Positions 40,000-52,885 of a stretch of 64,000 bases of DNA are shown here, in pieces (the stretch's first letter is position 1; each line of letters starts with the position of its first letter). The stretch lies in the NCBI RefSeq assembly GCF_009914755.1, contig NC_060927.1; one strand, written 5' to 3'. The DNA comes from the human T2T-CHM13v2.0 reference genome, Homo sapiens. A model generated the notes under the pieces. That model searched no databases. It was not told where the DNA came from and saw nothing but the letters and a program-made list of their open reading frames with translations. Made by a program: the position numbers and the translations under genes.

Positions 40000-40770
40000 G
40001 GCACAGTGGTCCTCAGCCTGTTCCCTTCTTGAGGCTCTGTACTTGCAGTGCTCCCTGTCCTCATCATTCACACCTGCTCACTCAGGACCTTCCTGATCAC
40101 ACTGTTTCCGTTATCAAGCCTCCAAAATTCTTCATACAAAAAATACTCCCACATTACTCTGTTCTATTTCCCCCATACCACTTATCTCCAATAAGTCTTA
40201 CTGGTTTCCTTATTCAGTCCATGGCTTCCCTCAACTTAATGTAAACTCAGTGAGAGGAGAGGTTTGTCTGCAGGGCTGGAATTGGGTAGGGAGGGGCACA
40301 AAATTTAAGGGACAGCCAAAAACCCAGTCACGAGGACAAAGACTATATTAATGCAATATTTTTTAAATATGAAGATGAATGCAAAACAAAATTCATGATG
40401 AACAAAATATGAAAAGTTTAAATCAAGACAAAATCAGCAACAGCACCGTGTGAAGCCATCCTGGAACTGAAGGCAAAAGGAAAGAAATCAGTAATACTAA
40501 TCCTATCTTGATCTAAGCTTTTTATATTTTACTCATCATTTTTTTTTTACATTCATTTTGACTTTCAAAATATTGTATCAAAATACCCTTTATCTTGACT
40601 GCTGAGTCTTTGGTGTCCCCATAAATTTTGCGCCTGTGTTGGGTGCCTCACTTGCCCCTCCCCAGTCCCAGCCCTATCTGTGTCCTGTTCACTCTTGTAG
40701 CCCCAGCACCCAGAATAGCTCCTGGACAGAGGAGATGCTCGAGTAAGTATTCAATGAAAGCTTGAATGAT
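40000..40770 (+). mobile_element. L2 3' region, split by MER96B
   Basis: tgtacttgcagtgctccctgtcc...ttccctcaacttaatgtaaactcagtgag; resumes at 40677 tgttcactcttgtagccccagcacccagaatag...gaatga. Confidence 0.75.
40271..40676. mobile_element. MER96B (palindromic hAT MITE)
   Basis: cagggctgg...gcacaaaatttaaggga ... tccccataaattttgcgcc...ccagcccta; long inverted arms. Confidence 0.85.
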
Positions 40771-40946
40771 GCTAGAGGGAATTCTCCAATTTTGTCCAGT
40801 CCTAAAAGAAACCACTAAGTTTGGAGATGTACACAGAATTTGAATATATTCTAACCACAAGCATTAAAGACAGCTTGGATCAGGGAAAGCACTGGGTTAC
40901 AAACCTAACAAGCTCCATGATGGCCTGGGTTTATCATCTTGGTGAC

Positions 40947-41303
40947 TATGATGGGCTGAACTGTGTTCCCCTAGGGTTCATATGCTGAAGCTCTAACCCC
41001 TAGTACCTCAGCATGTGACTGCATTTGGAGATGGGGCCTTTGAAGAGGTGATGGGCCCTGATCCAATATGACTGGTGTCTTTATAAGAAGAGGAAATCTG
41101 GACACACACAGAGACACCATGAATGCACACAGAGGAGAGACCACGTGAGGGCACAGTGCAAGGCCTCGGAAGAAACCAAACCTGCCAGTACCTTGATCTT
41201 GGACTTCCTGCTTCCAGACTGTGAGAAGATGAATTTCTGCTGTTCAAGGCACCCAGCCTGTGCTATTTGTTTGTTATGGCAGCAGCCTTAGCAAACTAAC
41301 ACA
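40947..41303 (+). mobile_element. MLT1B-like solo LTR (ERVL-MaLR)
   Basis: gggctgaactgtgttcccc...ccaatatgactggtgtctttataagaagagga...gttatggcagcagccttagcaaactaacaca; perfect 5-bp TSD gtgac at 40942-40946 and 41304-41308. Confidence 0.9.
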
Positions 41304-41584
41304 GTGACCCACTTCAAACTTCCTTTCCCCTGCCATGGACTCACTGATCCTCTGGGAGAATGAGAGTCCTAGAGAAACCATTTCCAAGGCCCCTTCCTGT
41401 TCTGATGCTTCTTTAACTGTGGAAGCCTAAACCTTTTTTAAACAGAAGCAGAAATTATAAACGCCAATCTGGAGAATCTGGAGATGAGGGTTTGGAATGC
41501 AAGTATTTTGCAAATTGTACCAGCTGATGAAATTAAAATTTCTTTAGATATGTCATCAATAATGGAATCAAAGAATAACAAGTA

Positions 41585-41902
<318 letters not shown>

Positions 41903-42019
41903 TTATCAGTTACTCATAACAAAAATGGGTAAAAAACTTACCTAATAATGTCTAATAAAAATAATAATGAAGTACTGGGTAGGTAATATATGAAATATCC
42001 ACGTATAGTAGTTTTACAT

Positions 42020-42260
42020 AAAAGCTAAAACAGGACATTCAAAAACTTTTAATTTACATGATAAAGTATCTTATGTAAGGATAAGTAGGAAAGACTGATA
42101 TAAAACCACAATGTACAGTTTGATCCTAAAATTACATATGTACATGTAATAGTTTTCACTAGGTGTTCACAATGGGTATGCCTGGGTGAGAATACTGGTG
42201 ATTTTCATTCTTCACACGTTTCTGTAGTTGCCAATTTTTCTACAATATGTATACTACATA
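42020..42260 (+). mobile_element. Degraded L1ME 3' fragment
   Basis: ataagtaggaaagac...tacagtttgatcctaaaatt...gggtgagaatactggtgattttcattcttc...tttttctacaat. Confidence 0.55.
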
Positions 42261-42540
42261 TATGTGAAGGTTTCTATAAAGTCTCCATGAAACTAAAATT
42301 CCTGATAATCCTAACATCCACATCAAAAACAGAATGCATTAAAAAGAAGGAAAGACTGCAGCCTGATTTCCAAGACACTGCAAGGGACAGCAAGCCTAGA
42401 GCTCCAAAGGCAGTCATACCTAGCTCTGTTTGGAGGTGGAGAGGAACAGGTAAGCCTCTATAGTCCATCCTTCTATAACTTCACTTCCTGGGAAATACAC
42501 GTTTGCTGGCTCACATGCCACTGTTGAGTGGGCTGATTAA

Positions 42541-42672
42541 CCTGTAATCCCAGCACATTGGGAGGCCAAGGCGCGCCGATCACATGAGGCCAGAGTTCGA
42601 GACCAGCCTGGCCAACACGGCAAAATCTCATCTCTACTAAAAATACAAAAATTAGCTGGGCGTGGTGGTGCA
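42541..42672 (+). mobile_element. Internal Alu fragment (no 5' end, poly(A) or TSD)
   Basis: 132 bp of left arm plus linker; 125/132 identical, without gaps, to 38999-39130. Confidence 0.92.
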
Positions 42673-43506
42673 GGAACTGTGAGAAAGTACCAGCCCAGGA
42701 TGTGTCACTCCAGTTACAAGGCTTCCCACAATGGAGGGACTCTGCTATACACCCACCATGCGCCCAGGATTTCCAGGAGCTCTATGCCTACTGAATTGTA
42801 ACACACCCTTCAAGAGCCTACAGTAAGGGAGAGATAAGCAGGAGTAGAATTCATCAACACAGTCCATACACAAATGTTCCTTCCTACAAGTTTACACTGC
42901 GGATCTAGGGGAGTGAGCGATGCTGCAATACAAGAGGATTTTCCCAAAGAGCTCTCCATCCTTCCATCCACCAGAGGTTTAGGGGGAGACTCACACTTCC
43001 TGTAGGTTCGGCAAGTCCTCAAAACCAGCAGGGTCAATCTCAGAGAGTTTGTTGTAACTCAGGTTTCTGGTAAAGACAGAGAGAGAAAAAAACGGAATCA
43101 ACAACCTGGCATCATACCCAGAATTCAGAAATCTTCTCTTCTCCTGGCTCCCCCACCCTCAAATCCAAGCCCCCATCCCATGATCATGTATTAAGTAACC
43201 GTATTGATACTGAGATTTACAGACATACCCCCTCCCCACCTACATCCATAAATAAGGCACTCCAAGCAACTCTATGAAAACCCAAACGAATTTCTATCAG
43301 TATCATTTCACTATTTAACAACTTGGAAAGAAATTCTAAGGTAAACCAGCTCCCTACCTACATTAAGGTGTCCTGGTCCAAATGCTTTGCACCCTATCAA
43401 GTACAAGGCTATTCTTAACGGCATTTTTTTAAATTAATGTTTTAGTAGCATCAACATCAAGCAGCAGTAAAGGAGAAAAGGGAAAAAACCCCTTCATTGT
43501 CTAAAC

Positions 43507-43736
43507 CAGTGGCTCTCAACCAGGGATGATTTTGCCCCCCAGAGGACACTTGGCAATGTCTGGAGACATTTTTGGTTGTCACAACTGGTGGCAGGGAGTG
43601 GGGGGTGTTACTGGCATCTGGTGGATACAAGCCAAAGATGCTGTTAAATATCTTACAATGCACAGGCAGCCCTGCACGACTGAGAACTGCGCGGCCCTAA
43701 ATGTCAATCCTAGGATTCAGAGGTTGAAAAACCCTG
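43507..43736 (+). mobile_element. MER20 (hAT-Charlie), full length
   Basis: cagtggctctcaacc...ggacacttggcaatgtctggagacatttttggttgtcacaactgg...gaggttgaaaaaccctg; 8-bp TSD gtctaaac / gtctacac. Confidence 0.93.
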
Positions 43737-45915
43737 GTCTACACAAGAGCTTAAGACTAAAAATTGCACAAATAGTCAAAGTTCAAGTGAGTGTTTAGAA
43801 AGTAAACACTGTAAGATCCTGAATCATAAGGCTACTTATGAACACAGTATTCCCACCTACACTGAATAAACCGGGAGGGACAGTCACACAGGAGAAAAGG
43901 GCCAGTTGCTGGAAATTCTTGTTCGTGTTAACCACAGGCAGGGAAAGCCTCACATGAGCAGCTTTCTCAAGATGATGGCGTCTGTGTCAATGGTTCAGAA
44001 TTAAAACTCTCCCTGCTTCATAACCCAGCCATACCCTTAGAGGCGGACAAAGAGCAAGCTGGGCAACTATTCTGTTAGGTGACCACAATCTCAACCAGAG
44101 CAGCTTCATCTTTCAGGAACAGAAGCCACAAAGATGTGATCCAAATGGGCCCTAACTTTCTTTGCCAGAAAGTAATCTTTCCTTGCCTCCAAAGTCTACC
44201 CAGCCCCGTGTTTGCCAAAGAGGTTAACATTTTTCATCTCAGCTATTAATTCCACTCACACTACTGCCAATTAACAGTACGACTAATTTTGAGTTTAAAG
44301 TCTGTCTCAGAAAGTGTCACGTATTGTGGCAACAATCTTTTAAACTTACTCCAGAGACATTTCAATCAATACTAACCTAGAGCTGAGAGCCATTTCACTG
44401 TGAGCTCAGAGACGTTCATCTAAATAAAAGTCAAACTACACTTGAAACTAATGGCACTTCTGTATTCATGGGTACAGCCTGAATTAAAAGCAATTTGTCC
44501 AGAGATTATGTTACCATAAAGACTGAAGGTGGTAATGCTTTAAACCGCATATTGAACTCAAGTGTGAGCTTGTCTGTGCCTGGGGGTATTTGTTAATGGG
44601 TACCCAGAAATCCCAACTTAGACTTGAGAAAGAAAATCTAGAAATTGAGAGAATTCTCCCACATTAGAAAAAGGACTTAATAGACTGAGATTTTCTTCTA
44701 TTTTGAGCAGATTATCATAAAAAGGGGGATGGAAATATTGTTTCTGGGTGTAAAGATACTGGGAGTTTATGATGACTGTAACTTTTGTATCATCATAGGT
44801 AACAGGAGTTGTGAAGCAGGAAGGGATATTAGAGAAATACTCAGAAACCACAAAGGCAAGAGCTTAGAGGACAAGCAAGTAAGAGAGGGCTGGTGAGCCT
44901 GCCCTGTGTGTAACAAGGCTGACACGGAAGTGCCTGCCGCACACCTAAAGGGGCATTTGCTTCTTGTCCCCCGAAACAAGGGCCAGTGCAGACCCGTCTT
45001 CTCAGAGGCTCACGATCTGAATTCATGTTTTGTTTGGCCCATTCAGGGTTGCTTTATTACTTAAAAAAAAAAAAAAAAACTGAAAAGATTTCACATATCT
45101 GCAGGCCCCATTTGGCTTGAGGATCGCCAGTTTTTGCCTCTGATCTGGGCCACTGACTCTTGAGGCCATTAGGTTCAAAGGGAACATATGTTTCTGGCTT
45201 ACACATGTGGCCTGGATAGAGCTAGGGCTCACCAGGTCTTACGCAATTAAACTGATGGCTCGGTTTGGGACTATCTGAAATGAGATAACTTCCCTCACTT
45301 CCCACCCAGCAAGTATCCAAAGTCTTCAGCAACTTGGTATAAAACCATTTAAGTCACAACACCCTTGGGTTTGTCTTTCCCTTAAAGAGCAGACAAAATG
45401 TATTCACATTTCAAAAATGTTATAAAAATTTTGCTTTTTAGGTAAGGCTACTTGAGCAAAGGGTCTTCCATTCCAGTACTATCTAGAAGCCTAGCAGTAT
45501 CAGGACTTAACACTGAGATGCCAACAAGCAGCAACAGAGATGAACACACTTAGAAGTGGAAACGTTAAGTTTTCACGGGGTCAGCTGGAATTAACTAGAA
45601 AAGCCACCTATCAACATTCAAGTGTTAGGGTGCTACCCAGAAAGGGTAACTCTCCTCTCAGAGCACCTGTTGGCAAAAAAGAAGACAGCCACCAAGGCTC
45701 ACGTCCCTTTCTGCTGTGGACAAGGGGCTGTTCTGGTTTTTAAGTCTGAGAAGCAAGTGGGCCTAAAGAGTGGAGCCAGCTGTAGATCCTCAATAGGTTT
45801 ATTGGGAAATAAGGAAAATAGTTACCACATTCTCCCCAGGAACTACAATATGAAATAAAATCCTCAGAGACACTTTCTTGTTGGCCCAATTCAAGAAGAC
45901 AAACTCTGAGCATAA

Positions 45916-46222
<307 letters not shown>

Positions 46223-46229
46223 TGAGCAT

Positions 46230-47037
<808 letters not shown>

Positions 47038-47812
47038 TTTTTTTTCCAAATTTTTAAAATTACTTAGTTTTTTCAAGACTTTTCACTGCTTACTGATAAC
47101 ACGCATTTCTCAGTAATTAAGAAAATACACTTAGCCCAAGAGCTCTGCAGCAAGCAGCGTGAATTCCCATCTGAGATCCCAAGAACAATCAAAGAGTTAA
47201 TCAGTGAAAATCTTTAATGAGGCCTTTCTTTCAGGTGGCAGCTGACATGCACACACATCTAAAGCATCTCACTTATTTCTATGAACACGATCGCCCTGTA
47301 CCAGGCCTGACATCTGAATGTGTCTTCAGTTGAAGGTTTCAAATTCTCCTGTCAAAACAATTCATCTGTCAGTAGGAAAGATGCTGTCAAAAGCATTTCT
47401 GCACCTTTCAGTAGCAAAGAGGAGAGGAAAGAAACCTCGGAGAATTTAGTTACTGCCAATTGCAGCTTTAATTAAACATTCTGTCAGCCATTGTCATAAC
47501 ACAAATTTTCCCTGCTCTTGCACAAAGGGTGCGCAGATCTCTGAACAACTGAGCCCAGCAATAGATGTTCTTTCAGCTAATCTGCTGAAAGATGACCGTT
47601 CAGCCCACCGTTCGCTGAACACACAAGAGGCACCTCTGCAGAGGACAGCTCAAGTTTTATCCAGGCGTGTCTGAAAAGCAAACTGTTTACCAGTGCACAA
47701 CAACAGTTTGCTCGCTGAGCACGTTTCCTAACAAGTCCCCTTGCCCCAACCCCAAGGAATCCGAAGAGCTAAAGTCCTTCAATAGCTGCAAAATCCCCAC
47801 CATTATCTAAAT

Positions 47813-48331
47813 CTGTGCTGTCCAATTTAGTAGCCACTGGCTATTTACATGTATATTTAAATGAAATTAAAATTACATAAAATTAAGAATTCAGTTCCTT
47901 GGCCACACTAGCTATTTTTTTTTTTTTTTTTTTTGAGATGGAGTCTCGCTCTGTCGCCCAGGCTGGCGTGCAGCGGTGCATCTCCGCTCACTACAAGCTC
48001 CGTCTCCTGGGTTCACACCATTCTCCTGCCTCAGCCTCCCCAGTAGCTGGGACTACAGTCACCTGCCACCACGCCCAGCTAATTTTTTGTATTTTTTAAG
48101 TAGAGACAGGGTTTCACCGTGTTAGCCAGGATGGTCTTGATCTCCTGACCTCGTGATGTGCCCGCCTCGGCCTCCCAAAGTGCTGGGATTACAGGCGTGA
48201 GCCACCACGCCCAGCCCACATTAGCTATATTTCAAGTGTTCAACAGTACCACGTGGCTAGTGGCTATCAAAATGCACAATGCAGACAGAGGTTATTTCTA
48301 TCAGCACTGAAATTTCTATTAAACTGTGCTG
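47813..48331. mobile_element. MER3-like hAT-Charlie element interrupted by AluY
   Basis: gctgtccaat...tagccact...aattcagttccttggccacactagc | atttcaagtgttcaacagtaccacgtggctagtggcta. Confidence 0.8.
47915..48216 (-). mobile_element. AluY
   Basis: Y diagnostics caagctccg, ccattctcc, ttagccaggatggtc, gacctcgtgat; TSD cacactagctat / cacattagctat. Confidence 0.93.
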
Positions 48332-50342
48332 TGTCTGAATTACAAAATAACCAACGAATATATCTATATCATGAAATAATCCACAAACATTTCAAGTTAA
48401 ATGTCACCTACAGAAGCAACTTGAATCTAAAACACAAATCTGAGCTACCCAGTAACTCGAGAACTATGTAAAAGGCTGTGGTGAGGGATGGACACTGATA
48501 TTAACACAAGTCCTTTGAGCACACAAAAAGTTCTGAACCATCTCAACAAGGGAAAGAGCCTTCAAAAACTGAAGTTATGAGGAAGACATTCTTAATAAAA
48601 ACTGCCCTCAGAGTATAATTCTATAGGCTTAAACGGTATTTATCTAATCTGACAAGCACCTTCCTGGATTACAACCAGAACCACATATTACAAACTTGGC
48701 AAATGTTATTCAAAGCTGGTGAACAGTAATTCATTGACTCCTTGGAAGTTGAGGGATAAAAAGTTGTTTACTTTTGAGTAAGCTGTGGTGAGGAAACAAC
48801 CCCACTTCGTTAGACAACAGAATTATCACTTCATCCCCAAAAGCAAGCATTGCTCACAGACCACTGACGAACACAGACAAAATCTCTCACTGTGAAGAGG
48901 AGCGCAACCCATGGCTCCATTTTTCAACATTAACAGAATAATTCAAAGTGGAAGGAATTGGTCCTAAATCCGTGACAAGCATTCCCTGAAGAATGAGGTT
49001 TTCATACTTGGTTTGGTTTCCAGGCTAGCCTATTTCCCATTACTCAATTCTGTCTGGACTCCTGAGCGCCACAGTATTTTGCATATTTTAAGCTTTCAGA
49101 TGTTTGCTAAACTGCATTAATACAGCTGGAAAGTAAGTGTGAGGCAATCCAACAACCCAACTTCTGAGCACCAGTGGGCACCCAGCTCTGGCCTGGGAGC
49201 CGTGGGCTCTGGCGATTCATCTCTTTCTCAACCTCAGAACGTGCACTGTCAGCCACTCGTTAAAAAATTGCCTGCTTGGGACTCACCAGAAAAAGGTGGA
49301 AAAAGGTGATTCGTCCTTTCAAAATTTCAGCGGGTGCAAATAAGGAAGAACATGCAACAATGTTTAAGTTATTTAATCCTTTAAGCTTTTAAGACTGTTT
49401 CTGCTGCATTTTTACTTTCTGAGGAATTACATAGTACACATCAAGCTCCAATGAAATCACCACATTATGTTCCCATGTTGTAAGGTTTTATAAAAGAGAA
49501 TAAGACTTCGTTCAAATCCCAGAATATTAGATGTTCTTACCTTTTTTTCTATTGTGATGCTTCCCCTTGTTAACCAAAAACCACAACTGAACAAGCGGAT
49601 AATGCACATTAAAGGCTTATATTAAGATGACAAAATTGTATCTTGAACTGGAATCATTCCTCTAGTATCCTATCCAAGGATCTCCACTCAGGAGAAGGTT
49701 CTGTACTTGCTGCTACCTCTCTTCAGTAAGCTAAGCAGCCACATATTCCCTATGGCAAAAGAACATATTCTGCAAATAATCAAATGAAAAAAATCACTCA
49801 GATCTCAACATGATACAAATAGCTCATTTTGTAAGCTTTTGGGCAGTTGTATCTCACAAAGTCAGTAATGAGTCACCAGTTATTTCCATTTCTGAAAATT
49901 TTACATAGACCATTATCTATGCAAATAAGGGAAACCTACAATGACTCAAAATAGGAGATACTATATACATACAGCTATATATGGACCCAGACTCATTGCC
50001 TATTTTTACTCCTTAAAAATCAGCTATAATAATCAGTGTGGGCCTCTGAAGTCTAACGCCCGTGACGTTAACTGAGAGAAGAAACTCATGCCTACCTCTG
50101 TGATCCCATAAGGTCTTACATGTGCTTCTCGGCCTTACTAGTTCACACATGTCATCCTGGTCTGTAGCTAATTTGAGTACAAGTCTACATCTTTTCCCTC
50201 TAGCACCCAACAAATGTCAAATTTGACAAATATTTATTGTCTACAAGGTATACTGCACTGTGATAAACTGATAACAAATTAGGATAAGATCTAGTCTGTG
50301 ACTTGAAGTGGTTTACAACCCACTGGTCAAGTTAAGACTCCT

Positions 50343-50483
50343 GGCCGGGTGTGGTGGTTCACGCCTATAAATCTCAGCACTTTCGGAGGCTAAAGTCGGG
50401 GAATCACTTTAGGCCTGGAATTTGAGACCAGCCTGGGCAACATAGTGAGACCCTGTCCCTACCAAAAAAAAAAAAAAAAAAAA
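50343..50483 (+). mobile_element. FLAM / Alu left monomer with poly(A)
   Basis: ggccgggtgtggtgg...gcaacatagtgagaccctgtccctacc plus A run. Confidence 0.88.
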
Positions 50484-52578
50484 GAATACTGACCAAATAA
50501 CACAGCCAAAGGCTCTGACACTTGCAAGCATTCTGTAATGGTAGATCAGTAGCTACAAATTGGTAGTTTGTGGGTACAAAGCTGGGCTGCAGGGAAACTT
50601 GCTTGTTTCTGACTGAACAGTGTTGGTAGAAACCTAAAGTTTTCACCAAAAACTAAAGTTTCAGCTTTTCTTGAAAATAATCGGAGGGCCAGCATTCCTA
50701 ACAGAAACAATCAACTACATGCATTTACCAAGCATTCCAATGACCACAGACCTCACCACTCCTTATTGTCTCACCCATGCCCTCTTTATTCACCGGCAGT
50801 ATCTTCCCAGCCCGAGATCTGAGTTTGTCATCCCTAGCATGGATAACATGAATGAAGGCCAGATGGCGTCCAGAGCAGGAAAGATCAGCTGTAATGAGAA
50901 ACGTTTATTGAAAATGCAAGATTTCAGCTAAGCCTAGACGAAGAGCATGTTTTTTTGAAGAGGAGTCCTGGGAAACGAGGCCAGAAAAGTAAAATAAGGA
51001 ATGGAGGGCATGGAGTAAAATAAGCAAACAAAAAGGCCAAGAAGTCAGGACCTCCTAGAAAGGAAAGGGCAAGACACAAATGGTTTTACAGCAAAGTTGA
51101 GAAGAATAGCCCCATGCTGCCAGACCCACAACCCACCAGGCGGTTAAGTCAAGGGTTATATAAACCTTAGCAAACCCCAGTGCCAGGTCCCTCACGAACA
51201 TTAATCTATGGGGCCATTAAAGTTGATTTCCATAAGAACAGAGTATCGCCTTGTTCATTTACTTAAAAGTTCTGAACTAGATAATCAAGAGGCCCAATTT
51301 GTTTTCTCACCATCACTGAAGGCAGTTAGCATTTGCTTTCTATACTACCCCTTAAAATGGGAGATTCTAGGATCTTTCCTACCAAAAATCTTAGTTTGGC
51401 CAAAAAGAAACAAAATAATTAGCTATAATGGGTTTTGTTTTGTTTTACTTTAAGCAGTCTCATCTTTAGTGCAGTTTAGTACTGAGGAAAGCCCACAAAT
51501 TTCCCATAATAGTCTCTTGTTAATATGGTATGTGCATCATTAACCCCTAAAGATTAATTAATTTAATTAAGAAGAGGCGCTCCAACACACCAGCTCTGCA
51601 GTTGGTGGGGACTTTACAAGCAAAAGGAATTTGGGCAGGGAATAGCTGCTGCCAGAGGCTGACCCTCCCACAGACCTGCCACAAAGGGAATATCACCATG
51701 GCCACCCCAGCAGGCAAGAGGTGCCTACAGCCACCATTTGGCTTTGTTATTAGAGAAGTGCTTTGCAGAGGCTTGGAAATGGGGAGCGGGAAGAGATGGG
51801 TCAGAAGTCTGGTCATTCAGGATCGCCTATTCTCTACTTTATCATCTCCAAAAAGAAACACTAATTCACTAACTTTCACATAGTCCTTAAGCTCTACAGG
51901 ACTTGGCAAACTCATCACCTGCACAATAGCCCCCCATCCTCACCCCATCCAGTAACAGAGCTGAATCTTTACCTCCTGGGAGCCCAGTCATTCTGCAGAA
52001 CAGAGGGGGGTTGGAACCTTGGAGCCAGGTGCTCCCTGCTCCCACTGAACTCTTCCCCGAGGTGCCCTGACAGCCTAGGGCCCCAGCCGCTGCAGGGAGA
52101 GCAAAGGCTCATCCATCCCAACCAGCAGGGACGGAGGGCATGGCGGGGATGAAGGGCGGCCAGAGGTAAAACCCAGAGGTTCTCTCAGTTAAAGGATGGC
52201 AGAGGGTTCTCATAAATGAAAACCACGCTCTACTGCGGCAGAAAACGGAGACTTTTGCTTCTGGAGTACTGAAAACAAGTCAGGCAAAAGGGACAGGAAA
52301 TATGGGATGGGTAAAACTGAGAAAAAGGACACATTAACCTGGTGGATACATTTGGAATCCCAGGTTCACCAAGTGCTTTGTAAAGTCCACCAAAGCTTCT
52401 CTGGTCACGGATTACTGTTTTCCTTTCCTAAAACTTCCACCTTTACCCCTCCACATCCGCCCCTGGCCCCTGCTAAATGTCCACTTTCAGGAGACTGATT
52501 AGCTTCCTATGAAACCACCAATGCAAAATCCAGGGTGTTTCTGAAAATGTGATGCAGCTTTAAAATTCACTAACTTCG

Positions 52579-52885
<307 letters not shown>

